Source of the DNA: a virus
Taxonomy: Duplodnaviria; Caudoviricetes
Virus record (IMG/VR): IMGVR_UViG_2528311002_000006
Location: 25,162 to 89,161 of that record
Length of the DNA: 64,000 nucleotides
Reading direction: 5' to 3' (one strand)
Shown here: piece by piece, positions 33,739 through 42,597 of the stretch
Numbering within the stretch: the first letter of the stretch is position 1
Layout of the letters: the number at the start of each line of letters is the position of its first letter
Notes under the pieces: model-generated
Seen by the model: only the letters and a program-made list of their open reading frames with translations
Told to the model about the DNA's origin: nothing
Database searches by the model: none
Made by a program: the position numbers and the translations under genes

Positions 33739-34747
33739 TGCCGCCTCTCGCCATCTTTGCGCGCATTTCCGCTTCCCATTGCTCGCCCGCCATTCGGTTG
33801 CTTTCCTCCAGCAGCGCCTGCTGATTTGGACGCTTTCGCTCACCAAATGCGTGCTGGCATGTGGCCTTCAGGTACTCCCGTGCATCCGCAGGCTGGGCGG
33901 CCACGGCAGCAGTCACAGCATCACGAACAATGTCCTGCCCGTAGTCCTTGACCAGCTTGCCCATGAACGTCCGTGCCTGCGATTCAGGGCAACCGCCTTG
34001 CTCCAGCACAGAGACTGCAGCGCGCCACAACTCAGCCTTGGCCATTTCTTCCGGGGTCTTCTCCTTCGGAGGGTTGGAGTGAGGGGGAGGCACTGGAGCC
34101 ACGGGAGGCGCCGGTGGCGGCGTGCCGCCGTCCGTACCTTCAGGTACGGAATAAGGATCTCCCTGTCCCTGTCCCTCTCCCTGTCTCTTGGAGTTGTTTT
34201 CCCGAGGGACATTGGCGTCATGTCCCTCTCTTGTCGGATCGTTGTCCCTAGGGACAAACAGCGGCTGTCCCTGGGGACAACCCAGAGACACCCAGTCATC
34301 AAACGTAGGACGAGGTACGCTGGTGCCGTGTCTGTCGTTGTGCTTTTTGATGCGAGCGCACTCCGTCCCCCAGCGCTGCCGCTGCTTGGCCTGCCAGGCA
34401 TCGCGGGCCTTTTCAGCAACGACCGGGTGATACATGCGCCCGTCGCTGCACTTGATCCAGCCACGCAATGCTCCGGCACGAACCTTTGACCAAGCCTTGT
34501 CGATCTTTCCGCGAAGCTGGTATCCAGCCTGTTTGGCGATCCACATTTCATCGTCCGGTATGGATGCTGCTGGCACCTGATGCCACGACGCAGACCAAAG
34601 CAGAACCGCCGCCCAGCATGCCTCGGGGGGTTCGTTGGACGCCAGTTCAGAATCACGCAAGCGCGCAACATCAAGAGGCATAAACGGGAAGTCTTGGAGA
34701 TCGCAATTTGCAGGCGTCAGCGGCGACTGCAGTTCAGGCTGCTGCAT
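33728..34747 (-). CDS. DUF1376/YdaU-family replication initiator
   Basis: FPFMPLDVARLRDSEL...SWHQVPAASIPDD. Confidence 0.8.
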   Translation of the reverse strand: MQQPELQSPLTPANCDLQDFPFMPLDVARLRDSELASNEPPEACWAAVLLWSASWHQVPAASIPDDEMWIAKQAGYQLRGKIDKAWSKVRAGALRGWIKCSDGRMYHPVVAEKARDAWQAKQRQRWGTECARIKKHNDRHGTSVPRPTFDDWVSLGCPQGQPLFVPRDNDPTREGHDANVPRENNSKRQGEGQGQGDPYSVPEGTDGGTPPPAPPVAPVPPPHSNPPKEKTPEEMAKAELWRAAVSVLEQGGCPESQARTFMGKLVKDYGQDIVRDAVTAAVAAQPADAREYLKATCQHAFGERKRPNQQALLEESNRMAGEQWEAEMRAKMARGGNAS

Positions 34748-35099
34748 AGACCTTGCCCCCTGCGCTGCCATGCCCGCGCACACGGTTGGTGCTGTCCACC
34801 ACACGAATGGCACCGTCGCGCAGAGCTTTTGCATACACGGGCCCAAAGGCTCGATCGTCCTTGGCGGGTTTGATGCCAGCGCAGCGCGCAGCGAGAGTGA
34901 CCGCTTCGCCGGGCACTGGGCCATGCTCGCGGACATAGGTAACGACGAATTCGTAAGCGCGCGTGGTGAACGTGGGATCGTCCTGCTCGGTGCGATCCAA
35001 CGCGGCCTGAGCGGCTTGCTCTCCAAGCCTGCGAGCGGTGGCCAGCAGCTGGCGGCGTGTGTCTGGTTGAGCTGCGGGGTGCAGTGTGCTTCGATTCAC
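34734..35099 (-). CDS. Hypothetical protein
   Basis: Coupled ORF in the early operon. Confidence 0.65.
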   Translation of the reverse strand: MNRSTLHPAAQPDTRRQLLATARRLGEQAAQAALDRTEQDDPTFTTRAYEFVVTYVREHGPVPGEAVTLAARCAGIKPAKDDRAFGPVYAKALRDGAIRVVDSTNRVRGHGSAGGKVYAAA

Positions 35100-35329
35100 T
35101 CGACCACCCTCCTGCCACGCTGCAAGGCAGAGAGCTGTGAGCACTTGAGAATGCTGCTGGCCTTCTGGGCGGCCAGCTCGTGCGATGGCAGATCAGCCCG
35201 GGAAGGGCTTTGCATGCTCATGCGCCCGTAGTGCGGCGGCTGGTTGAGCTTGATACGCACGGCTGCCGGTGGCTTGGCCGTGTTGGCTTCCTTGCGGGAG
35301 ATCTCCCAGACTGACTGCCCGGCGCTCAT
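35096..35329 (-). CDS. Hypothetical protein
   Basis: ATGA overlap with the cro-like gene. Confidence 0.5.
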   Translation of the reverse strand: MSAGQSVWEISRKEANTAKPPAAVRIKLNQPPHYGRMSMQSPSRADLPSHELAAQKASSILKCSQLSALQRGRRVVE

Positions 35330-35562
35330 GCTGCCACCTGCTGGCTCTTGCGCGGGCGGCGCTTGGGAGCACTTTCAGCGGCAGCAATGTGCTTCTGCAG
35401 CTCGTCGATGTTCTCCAGCCGCGGCTTCTTGTAGTCATAGCGGACGCGGTGAATCGTGGTCGCGGAAACGCCCGACAGCTCGGCCAGCTTATCGACCTGG
35501 GCACCAGTAAGTTTCGAGATGCGCTTCTGCAATTTGGCAAAAACGGACATGAGATCGTTCAT
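35326..35562 (-). CDS. Cro-like HTH regulator
   Basis: LAELSGVSATTIHRVRY..PRLENI. Confidence 0.8.
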   Translation of the reverse strand: MNDLMSVFAKLQKRISKLTGAQVDKLAELSGVSATTIHRVRYDYKKPRLENIDELQKHIAAAESAPKRRPRKSQQVAA

Positions 35563-35571
35563 GCCCAATAT

Positions 35572-35648
35572 CTTGCCATATCTGGAAAGCAATTTTCAAC
35601 TTGCGGCAAGTTCCTACAGTCCGCAATGCCCTTACCACTTACGAAAAT
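35572..35648. promoter_or_regulatory. OR-like operator cluster
   Basis: CTTGCCATATCTGGAAAG, TTTTCAACTTGCGGCAAG, CTTACCACTTACGAAAAT. Confidence 0.7.
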
Positions 35649-35674
35649 TACATGGAAGTCTTATCATTTGTGGC

Positions 35675-36055
35675 ATGAATTCCAACCCAACACCCGACGC
35701 AAAAAGCCAGCTGTGGACAGCGGTTGAAAAGCTGATGTTGCAGCACTACGGAAAGATCAACATCAGCCGACTGTCTCGTGACGCCGAAATTGGCTTGGGC
35801 ACTGTGGCCCGACTGCAAAATGCCGATCTGGGAATCGGCCTGGACAAAGTTGAGAAGATCGCCAAGGCCTTCGGCCTGGAGATCCATGAGCTGCTGAACC
35901 CGAACTTCGCCCCTTCCGACAAGGGCGAGCCCCTTTCCGACAAGGCAATCTTCCTTGCCCGTCAGCTGGACAAGATCAAAGACCCTGGGGCCTCGACACA
36001 GGCCTATGCAACGTGTTTGCAAGTTCTCGAACTCGCCAGACGGACTCACCAATAA
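35675..36055 (+). CDS. CI-like XRE-family repressor (no S24 peptidase domain)
   Basis: LSRDAEIGLGTVARL...LDKVEKIAKAFGL; divergent from cro. Confidence 0.82.
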   Translation: MNSNPTPDAKSQLWTAVEKLMLQHYGKINISRLSRDAEIGLGTVARLQNADLGIGLDKVEKIAKAFGLEIHELLNPNFAPSDKGEPLSDKAIFLARQLDKIKDPGASTQAYATCLQVLELARRTHQ

Positions 36056-36428
36056 ACACCAGCGCCTGCTGACGAGCCCACTCCTGGGCCTCGTCCCTCT
36101 CCACAAAGACCCCCAGCACCCCGCCCGTCTCTCGCGCAAGAGACCAGGCCTGCTGGCGTAGCCATTCCTCATCCCCGGGAAGCACCACCACCGCCCCGGG
36201 CAGCGTTCTCGCGGTCAGCGCCTCTCTCAAAACCGCCGCCAGCTCCACCCTCTGCCACTCCGACAGGCACACGCTGGGCAGCTCCAAAAGCCAAGAAAAC
36301 GCTCTTCCCGTGATCCCGCCATGCAGCCACTGCTGCTGCGCGGCCAGCGCCAGCGCATGCGCTGAAAAGCCCTCTGCACACCTGCAACTCAATACGCCAC
36401 CCTCTCCCACATCCCAGACACCCGCCAC
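35976..36428 (-). CDS. Possible STAS/SEC14-like small protein
   Basis: C-terminal GVFVERDEAQEWA pattern; convergent overlap with cI. Confidence 0.35.
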   Translation of the reverse strand: MAGVWDVGEGGVLSCRCAEGFSAHALALAAQQQWLHGGITGRAFSWLLELPSVCLSEWQRVELAAVLREALTARTLPGAVVVLPGDEEWLRQQAWSLARETGGVLGVFVERDEAQEWARQQALVFIGESVWRVRELANTLHRPVSRPQGL

Positions 36429-36500
36429 TTACGTCTCCAAAAGTTATCGACACAATTATTTACCAATTGTGGTTTCTACTACTGATGATACGTACAGTAA

Positions 36501-36595
36501 TTTTCCATATGTTGAAGATATTTCTAATTAAGAGAGATTTCTTATTCAAAAAATCTATCAACTTCTTTTGCTTTTTTCTTTCCACTTATGGCAAG
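36501..36595. promoter_or_regulatory. OL-like operators
   Basis: CTTTCCACTTATGGCAAG (16/18 match to reverse complement of 35572-35589); TTTTCCATATGTTGAAGA. Confidence 0.7.
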
Positions 36596-36653
36596 ATTCA
36601 CCACATCAGGAAAGCAGAGGCTTTCTTGTTCGGCGGGCAAACGCTCTCCGCTT

Positions 36654-36665
36654 CGCTCTTTAAAA
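36654..36665 (+). promoter_or_regulatory. boxA-like antitermination element
   Basis: CGCTCTTTAAAA just downstream of the PL-like region. Confidence 0.6.
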
Positions 36666-36670
36666 AATCG

Positions 36671-37261
36671 TCACCCGATGTTGCTTGCCCTACCTGTGGG
36701 GCATTCGTCCGGGTCAATTGCGCACTGGGGCATGGCCCAGGCTGGTGAGAGCCAGCAGCGCGCCGCGAATTTCCGCGCGGTGGCCAGTCCGTTAAATCGG
36801 TGAAGGGCCTTGGGAAAAGATACGGACAGCACAGCTTGCATGTGTAGCGTAGGCGGGAGGCCGTGACGGGGTAGCGCCAGCTATCCAAGAGCCGACAAAT
36901 GAAACACCGCCCTCGCAGGCTGATGCTGCTACGCCCATGAGGCGCAGCTAACGGACGGGATGACACCAAAGGGAAACAAAAGAAACGGAGCGGCATATTG
37001 ATGCCGTCATTGGGGCGGCCAGCGGCCCCTGCGACCCGGCGCGTAATCCGGGCTTCAACCTCAAGCCTTGTGACAGATGGCTTGAGGTTGAAAGGAGATT
37101 GAAATGTTTGCCTCGGGCCTATGCGAGCCCTGATCGTTGCCCACTCCCGCAGGGCTAAGCGGGGCCATCACGCAGGTGGATTGGACACGGTTCGACTCCG
37201 TTGACTACACCGACGCGCCATGCGCGCTAGGTCTAGGTGGCCCAATCCACCGCCGCGATGG
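36671..37261 (+). ncRNA. Structured non-coding leader
   Basis: Several long-range helices, a 14-bp perfect inverted repeat and a T-loop-like hairpin; no convincing ORF. Confidence 0.45.
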
Positions 37262-37375
37262 TGCAGGACAGCACCCCCTCTCCTTGGAGAGGCGCCACAA
37301 CATGGCTGCCCACGGGCAGCTACTGAATGCCTTGCAACGGCAACGGCTCCAATCACTCAACGCCACCACAGAAAA

Positions 37376-37783
37376 ATGCAGTCATCGAATACCGCAGGGG
37401 ATGGTTCACCCTCACTGTCGCGCTTATCACTGATCATGGAGTGCGCATCGCTGCTGGCAGAGAGCCAGATGGTTCCCGAGCCCGTGCGCAACCAAGCAGA
37501 CTGCTTCGCAATTCTGCTCACCGCAACCGGTCAGAACAAGTGCCCTATGGAAGCACTGCACGAGGCCACTCGGCGCATTTCGCCCGCGAGCCAGAATAAG
37601 TTTGCAGAAATGGCCTTGATCCTGACCAAGGTCGAAACCCCTGCACAGCTGGAAGAAGCCGTGCGCCTCATGGACGACCTGACGGCAGGCAAAACCGTGA
37701 CCGAAGACGAGGCGCTGGCGCTGCTGACCATCTGCCGCGACCGCCACCGCGCCCTGGGCCTTTTAGGCAAAGCCGTCACATAG
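37376..37783 (+). CDS. Hypothetical protein
   Basis: Helical 135-aa ORF. Confidence 0.55.
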   Translation: MQSSNTAGDGSPSLSRLSLIMECASLLAESQMVPEPVRNQADCFAILLTATGQNKCPMEALHEATRRISPASQNKFAEMALILTKVETPAQLEEAVRLMDDLTAGKTVTEDEALALLTICRDRHRALGLLGKAVT

Positions 37784-37918
37784 GCCTCTCTTTTTTTGGC
37801 CGTCGATTTCAAATTTCATAGCTAACAATGCTTGCCACACAAGTGATTGAAGGCAATTTCATTGATTTTCATGGCGAAGCTGGAGCGCCCTTTTCTCCAG
37901 CATCTTTGGAACTTCGAT

Positions 37919-38533
37919 ATGACCCTCACCCCTGAACAACTGGCCAAGCTGACCGAATACGACTTCATCGCCGTGGTGGATGCCTCTGGCTCCATGACCA
38001 CCGAAGACGTCAAAGGTCGCTCGCGCTGGGATTCTGTGCAGGAAACACTCGGCATGTTCTGCCGCGACACGAACAAGCTGGACTCGGACGGCATCGGTCT
38101 GGTGATCTTCAACGGCGTGGACATCAAGGTACATGACGGCGTGACCCCCGACAAGCTGGATGCTGCATTTGCAAGCATGCGCCCCGTCAGCTCGACCCCT
38201 CTGTATGAAGCCCTGCAGGAAGCTCTGAAGCTGGCTGGCAAGTCTGACAAGAAGGACTTCATCACGGTCTTTACCGATGGCGTGCCCGACAACAAGGACG
38301 CGGTGAAGAAGCTCATCATCGACACCGCCAACCAGCAGGAAAACGACGATGACCTGACCATCCTGTTCGTGCAGGTGGGCTCCGACTCTGCAGCAACGGC
38401 CTGGCTGAAGTCCCTGGACGACGACCTCAAGGCCCAGGGCGCGCAGCACGACATTGTGGATGTGAAGACCGTGGCGGAAGCCGAAGCCTTCGGCTCCACT
38501 GCTGAGCTGATTGTCGCCGCGATCAACGACTAA
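37919..38533 (+). CDS. von Willebrand factor A (vWA) domain protein
   Basis: MIDAS DASGS, TPL, FTDG; strong codon bias. Confidence 0.9.
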   Translation: MTLTPEQLAKLTEYDFIAVVDASGSMTTEDVKGRSRWDSVQETLGMFCRDTNKLDSDGIGLVIFNGVDIKVHDGVTPDKLDAAFASMRPVSSTPLYEALQEALKLAGKSDKKDFITVFTDGVPDNKDAVKKLIIDTANQQENDDDLTILFVQVGSDSAATAWLKSLDDDLKAQGAQHDIVDVKTVAEAEAFGSTAELIVAAIND

Positions 38534-38536
38534 GCC

Positions 38537-38653
38537 ATGCTGGTCGATGCCATCGCGCTCGGCTGCACCTTCGCCGCAGGCTTCTGGGCTGGCTCCAAGT
38601 TCCGCACCTGGGGTGCGTTCAAGGAAAAGCTCAGGAGCTTCTGGAAGAAGTAG
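38537..38653 (+). CDS. Small membrane peptide (38 aa)
   Basis: MLVDAIALGCTFAAGFWAGSKFRTW; starts 3 nt after the vWA stop. Confidence 0.5.
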   Translation: MLVDAIALGCTFAAGFWAGSKFRTWGAFKEKLRSFWKK

Positions 38654-38699
38654 CTGTGTGGCGCCCGCCCTGGCGGCGAAAAAGGCCAGGGCCGGTATC

Positions 38700-38961
38700 A
38701 AGACCGGCTTTTGATGCTGTCGCGGCTCGGCCCCGCGACCCCAATGACCCGGCCCGTGGGGGCTGGGTCGGAATACTGCAAGAGGACACGCGCCGGTCTT
38801 AGGCGCGCATCAATGACCACCTCGGGAAAGTAGCGAGGGCTATCTGGCGTGACCGCTCTAGCAGGTACGTCTGTTTGGGAATGGGCCCGAGCAGGCGGCA
38901 ATCAGGAACATCGGCCAAGCATGACCTGCTTGGTTGGTGGCGAACAGCGGTCACACCAGAT
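38700..38961 (+). ncRNA. Structured RNA candidate
   Basis: Two multi-branch domains closed by 9-bp and 15/16-bp helices. Confidence 0.45.
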
Positions 38962-39047
38962 GGCACAGCAACTTTTTTAACCAAAGTGCGCATATCCCGC
39001 GCCCGCCCCTCATCGGGTAAGGGAAAGCTGTGCTGTCTACCTTTTGC

Positions 39048-39124
39048 GCCGGCTCAGGGTGCTTCTCCTCCCTCCCTCTCATAGTTCGCCCTGAACTCGT
39101 CAAGTTTGGCGACCGGCCTTTTTT
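39048..39124 (+). ncRNA. Candidate sRNA with anti-SD loop
   Basis: TCAGGG/CCCTGA stem with CTCCTCCCTCCCTCTC loop, outer GCCGG/CCGGC helix and T-tract. Confidence 0.45.
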
Positions 39125-39155
39125 GTCATCGTGGGGTCAGCAGTAGCTGACTTTT

Positions 39156-39192
39156 TGCCCGCCTCGTTTCATCACGGGGCGGGCATTTTTTT
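39156..39192 (+). terminator. Rho-independent terminator
   Basis: TGCCCGCC...GGCGGGCA followed by T7. Confidence 0.7.
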
Positions 39193-39202
39193 GGACTTGA
39201 CC

Positions 39203-39418
39203 ATGCGAAATCAACGACTGAAACCCTACTGCGCCCGCCTTGCTGCAGCTTTCCTCTGCGCTGCTGCGGCGCTGGCCAACACAGCTTGCAGCCAAGCGTC
39301 TGCGGCAGCTGAGCCACCACTCACCCGCCCGGAGCTGGGCGCGCAGCAGGCCTGCCCCCCAGGCCATGTCGTGGATTGGATCTCCAAGTCCGAAATGCAA
39401 TGCCTGAAAGAGATCTGA
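39203..39418 (+). CDS. Small exported/lipoprotein-like protein
   Basis: Signal-like N-terminus, TAC lipobox-like motif. Confidence 0.55.
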   Translation: MRNQRLKPYCARLAAAFLCAAAALANTACSQASAAAEPPLTRPELGAQQACPPGHVVDWISKSEMQCLKEI

Positions 39419-39421
39419 ATC

Positions 39422-39649
39422 GTGTTCGCTCTCTTGAAAAAGCTCAGAAGCCTGACCTACGTCTTCTGCATTCCCCCGCTTGAAGTGCTGGTACAGCGCC
39501 AGCTGGAGGAAGCAGAGCGCGAGCTGCTGAGCGCAGAAAACGCCTTCGACCACGCCACCGCGACCGTCGATATGTACAAAGACCGCTGCCAGCGCCTGCG
39601 CCATCAGCTCACGGAAATCAAAGAATCAGGAAAGAACCAGGCGACATGA
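39422..39649 (+). CDS. Hypothetical coiled-coil protein
   Basis: Operon spacing. Confidence 0.6.
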   Translation: MFALLKKLRSLTYVFCIPPLEVLVQRQLEEAERELLSAENAFDHATATVDMYKDRCQRLRHQLTEIKESGKNQAT

Positions 39650-40047
39650 CAGCGCACATTCACGCCAAAGCAATGCTTCTCTATGCCAAGGACTCCGGCC
39701 AGACCAAGCGGCCATGGTTGAAATGGCAGAAGCTGGAAGAAGACTCCACGGATTGGGTCGGCCTGGACGGGCACCCCCTCTGGCACGAGAAAACCCAGTA
39801 TCGCCACAAGCCCCAGGACGCCACCATCAACGGTTTTGCATTGGCAGACACCCGCATCAGCAACCTGCTGCAAATCGGCGATATCTACTATGTGGAATCG
39901 GCGTCCGAAAAGAACTACTTTGAAGAAGTAACCTTCGACGGCAGCCTTTGGGATGATCGTGTGATCGCTCGCGGCATCGCGCACTCCACCAATGTAGGCG
40001 CTGCTGCATTCTGCCGGGCACGCCTTGGACTGAGTGCCACAGAATGA
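39646..40047 (+). CDS. Hypothetical phage protein
   Basis: HIHAKAMLLYA...PLW..QYRHKP. Confidence 0.7.
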   Translation: MTAHIHAKAMLLYAKDSGQTKRPWLKWQKLEEDSTDWVGLDGHPLWHEKTQYRHKPQDATINGFALADTRISNLLQIGDIYYVESASEKNYFEEVTFDGSLWDDRVIARGIAHSTNVGAAAFCRARLGLSATE

Positions 40048-40451
40048 GCCAAGCCCTTGTTTTCAATGCAGGCCCGGCCGGGCCGCGCATGAGCCAAAGC
40101 CTCAACCAGGGCTGGGCCGTTGCCGCCCATGACTTCGGCTCCAACAAGCATTCCCTGATAGCCGGGTGCTTCTCCGACACCGAAGGCGGCGATGACGCTG
40201 CACGCGACAACGCCAAGTTCATCGCACAGATGTTCAATCTGCGCGAGGAAACCGGCCTGACCGGCGATCAAATCCGCACCATGCTGATGGCGGCCCCCAG
40301 GATGCAGGCCGCAATCCAAGCCGCCATCGAGTGCGGGCTCGTGCCAGAGGCAAAAGCTGGCGAGGACGGCGCGGGCCGCATCGCAGAGCAGGAGTTTGCA
40401 GCTGACCAGCTGCGCGCGGCACTGGGTATGGCTCTACACGCCAAGGAGTAG
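40044..40451 (+). CDS. Hypothetical protein
   Basis: ATGA coupling. Confidence 0.65.
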   Translation: MSQALVFNAGPAGPRMSQSLNQGWAVAAHDFGSNKHSLIAGCFSDTEGGDDAARDNAKFIAQMFNLREETGLTGDQIRTMLMAAPRMQAAIQAAIECGLVPEAKAGEDGAGRIAEQEFAADQLRAALGMALHAKE

Positions 40452-40638
40452 AGCTACATGGACAACCTGATGCCCCTGGCCATGATCGCTGTGGCCATCC
40501 TCTTTATGGCCATGGCCCGCAAGCCGTGAAGCCTTCTTCCGCACCCAGCCTCGGCTGGGCTTTGTTTCTCTGGCTCGGCCTCAGCACTCTCGCCACCCTG
40601 GCTGTTGCCATCCTGAGCCTCAATCCTCTTTGGACACC

Positions 40639-40953
40639 ATGACCAGCAGCCCACCTGCCCCTTTGCCCCAAATAGATCCAGCAGCGCCGGTGATTCCGAC
40701 CGGCCTCGGCCTCAACGACCTGAGCGAGGACGAATTCATGCTGCTGATCAGCCAAGGGGGAACCATCACCATCGGCCAGCTCAATGCTCGCCTGAAGTTG
40801 ATCAAAGTGGACGCCACCAGCCTGGCCGCCCTGGGGATCACCCTTCGCAGAGAGCGCGGCGCCGTGCACATGGCTGCCGCAGGATTCCGCCAGCTCTGCG
40901 ACAAGCTGCAGGAACATGTGGCGGATCTGAAGAGATCACAGATTTACGAATAG
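40639..40953 (+). CDS. Hypothetical protein
   Basis: ORF in early operon. Confidence 0.6.
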   Translation: MTSSPPAPLPQIDPAAPVIPTGLGLNDLSEDEFMLLISQGGTITIGQLNARLKLIKVDATSLAALGITLRRERGAVHMAAAGFRQLCDKLQEHVADLKRSQIYE

Positions 40954-41039
40954 GCGCTACCCAGCGCGCTGACCCGCCTCTTCACTCACCCCAAACCGGC
41001 CCTGTGCCGGTTTTGTTTTGTTGCCCCAAGGATTCACCC

Positions 41040-41534
41040 GTGAACCAACCCAACCCTCAACCAGAATTCATGGTCAAGCTGCTGGCTGCATCATTCCTCA
41101 ACAACATGATCGACACAGCGCCGCCCGAAATCAAAAAGGCGCTGCAGGAAGCCCGCGATCAAGCCCGTGCAGGAGCTGTATTCAGCAAAGAAACAGCGCA
41201 GACCACCGCTATCCCCCCGCTTGGTGACGGCGAACACTGCGCTTGCCCGGCCTGCACGCTGAAGAACATGCTCTTCCCAGAGCTGACTCGCAAGGAAATT
41301 GCATTTTCACTGCGGGTGTCAGGTCGCATCCCCATGGACGTTGCCCAGCAAGTTGGCGGCATCACTCCTGGCGGCCAGACCCGCGCAGACAGTGAACGCA
41401 TCATGGCCGCCCTGCTCTTGAGCTCGGCCAGTGGCATCGACGCAGCGAGTCCCGAAGCGCAGAGCCTGCAGCAACAAGCAGTCAGCCATTTCACCAAGGG
41501 CATTCAGGCCCTCAACGGCCTGCGCGCCGCCTAA
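41040..41534 (+). CDS. Hypothetical protein
   Basis: CACPAC motif. Confidence 0.6.
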   Translation: MNQPNPQPEFMVKLLAASFLNNMIDTAPPEIKKALQEARDQARAGAVFSKETAQTTAIPPLGDGEHCACPACTLKNMLFPELTRKEIAFSLRVSGRIPMDVAQQVGGITPGGQTRADSERIMAALLLSSASGIDAASPEAQSLQQQAVSHFTKGIQALNGLRAA

Positions 41535-41590
41535 GCCAACCTTCCCAAATGGCCCGCCAAGCGCGGGCCAGCGTATTTTCGGAGCCCAGG

Positions 41591-42577
41591 ATGCTACAGA
41601 ACATGACCACCTATCGCATTGTCCCAACGTGGCAAGGCGATCTGCAGGTGCTGGAGGACGCCCTGCAAAAAACGGTGTTTGCCGAGTGCGGCGCTACCCA
41701 AGAGCGCTCTGTGGGCTGGGTTCCGCCGCGTGGAGAAGAAAACGGCCCGCTGGCTGAGAGCGTGGCAGGTCAGTGGATGCTCCGCTTTAAGAGCGAGTCC
41801 AAGCTGCTTCCCGCCAACGTGCTCAATCGCAAGGTCATCGAAAAGGCCGCAGCTATCGAGAAGGCCGAAGGCCGCAAGCCCGGCAAGAAGGAAAAGCGCG
41901 ACCTCAAGGACGAGGCCAAGCTGGATCTACTGCCAATGGCCTTCACTCAGCAGGCAAGCATGTGGGTCTGGATCGACCCGCAGGCCCATACCCTGGTGCT
42001 GGATACCTGCGCGCAGGGCCGCGCCGATGAAGTGGTAACGCTGCTGGTCGCAGGCCTGCCCGGCTTTGCCCTGGCACTGCTGGACACCCAGACCAGCCCT
42101 CAGGCCGCCATGGCGCACTGGCTGATGACGCAGGAGCCGCCCGCAGGCTTTTCCATCGACCGCGCCTGCGAGCTGAGAGCCGCTGATGAATCCAAGGCCA
42201 TCGTGCGCTACTCCCGCCACCCTCTGGACATTGACCAGATCCGCGAGCACGTTGAACACGGAAAGATTCCAACCCGCCTGGCCATGACCTGGGACGACCG
42301 GGTGAGCTTTGAGCTGACGGACGGCCTGCAGCTCAGGAAGATCTGCCTGCTCGACGCAGTGATGGACGGCAACAGCCAGGACGATGGCGGTTTCGATACC
42401 GATGTGGCGATTGCCACGGGCGAGCTGTCGCGCCTGATCCCCGACCTGATCGAAGCACTGGGCGGCGAGGGACGCACCGGCCTGGGCGACCTGCCCGCAG
42501 CGTTGCGGGTTCCGGCCAGCATCACTGGCCCCAAAGCCGCGCCTACGGATGGCGCCCCGGGCGAAGCCCCGTTTTAA
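41591..42577 (+). CDS. rdgC: Recombination-associated protein RdgC
   Basis: SVGWVPPRG, ESKLLP, LAMTWDDRVSF, LIEALGGE. Confidence 0.92.
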   Translation: MLQNMTTYRIVPTWQGDLQVLEDALQKTVFAECGATQERSVGWVPPRGEENGPLAESVAGQWMLRFKSESKLLPANVLNRKVIEKAAAIEKAEGRKPGKKEKRDLKDEAKLDLLPMAFTQQASMWVWIDPQAHTLVLDTCAQGRADEVVTLLVAGLPGFALALLDTQTSPQAAMAHWLMTQEPPAGFSIDRACELRAADESKAIVRYSRHPLDIDQIREHVEHGKIPTRLAMTWDDRVSFELTDGLQLRKICLLDAVMDGNSQDDGGFDTDVAIATGELSRLIPDLIEALGGEGRTGLGDLPAALRVPASITGPKAAPTDGAPGEAPF

Positions 42578-42597
42578 GAAGCAAGTGAGGAAAGAAC

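Noticed and set aside
34163-34275. TGTCCC/GGGACA repeats in the replication gene
   Set aside because: Probably origin iterons, which are ordinary for lambdoid initiator genes; not delimited well enough to call
36895-36930. Hammerhead-like GAAAC...CTGATG
   Set aside because: Core reads CTGATGC, not CTGANGA, and the required stems are not evident
37165-37261. Canonical tRNA gene
   Set aside because: T-loop is present but arm order and acceptor stem do not fit a cloverleaf; kept only as an ncRNA candidate
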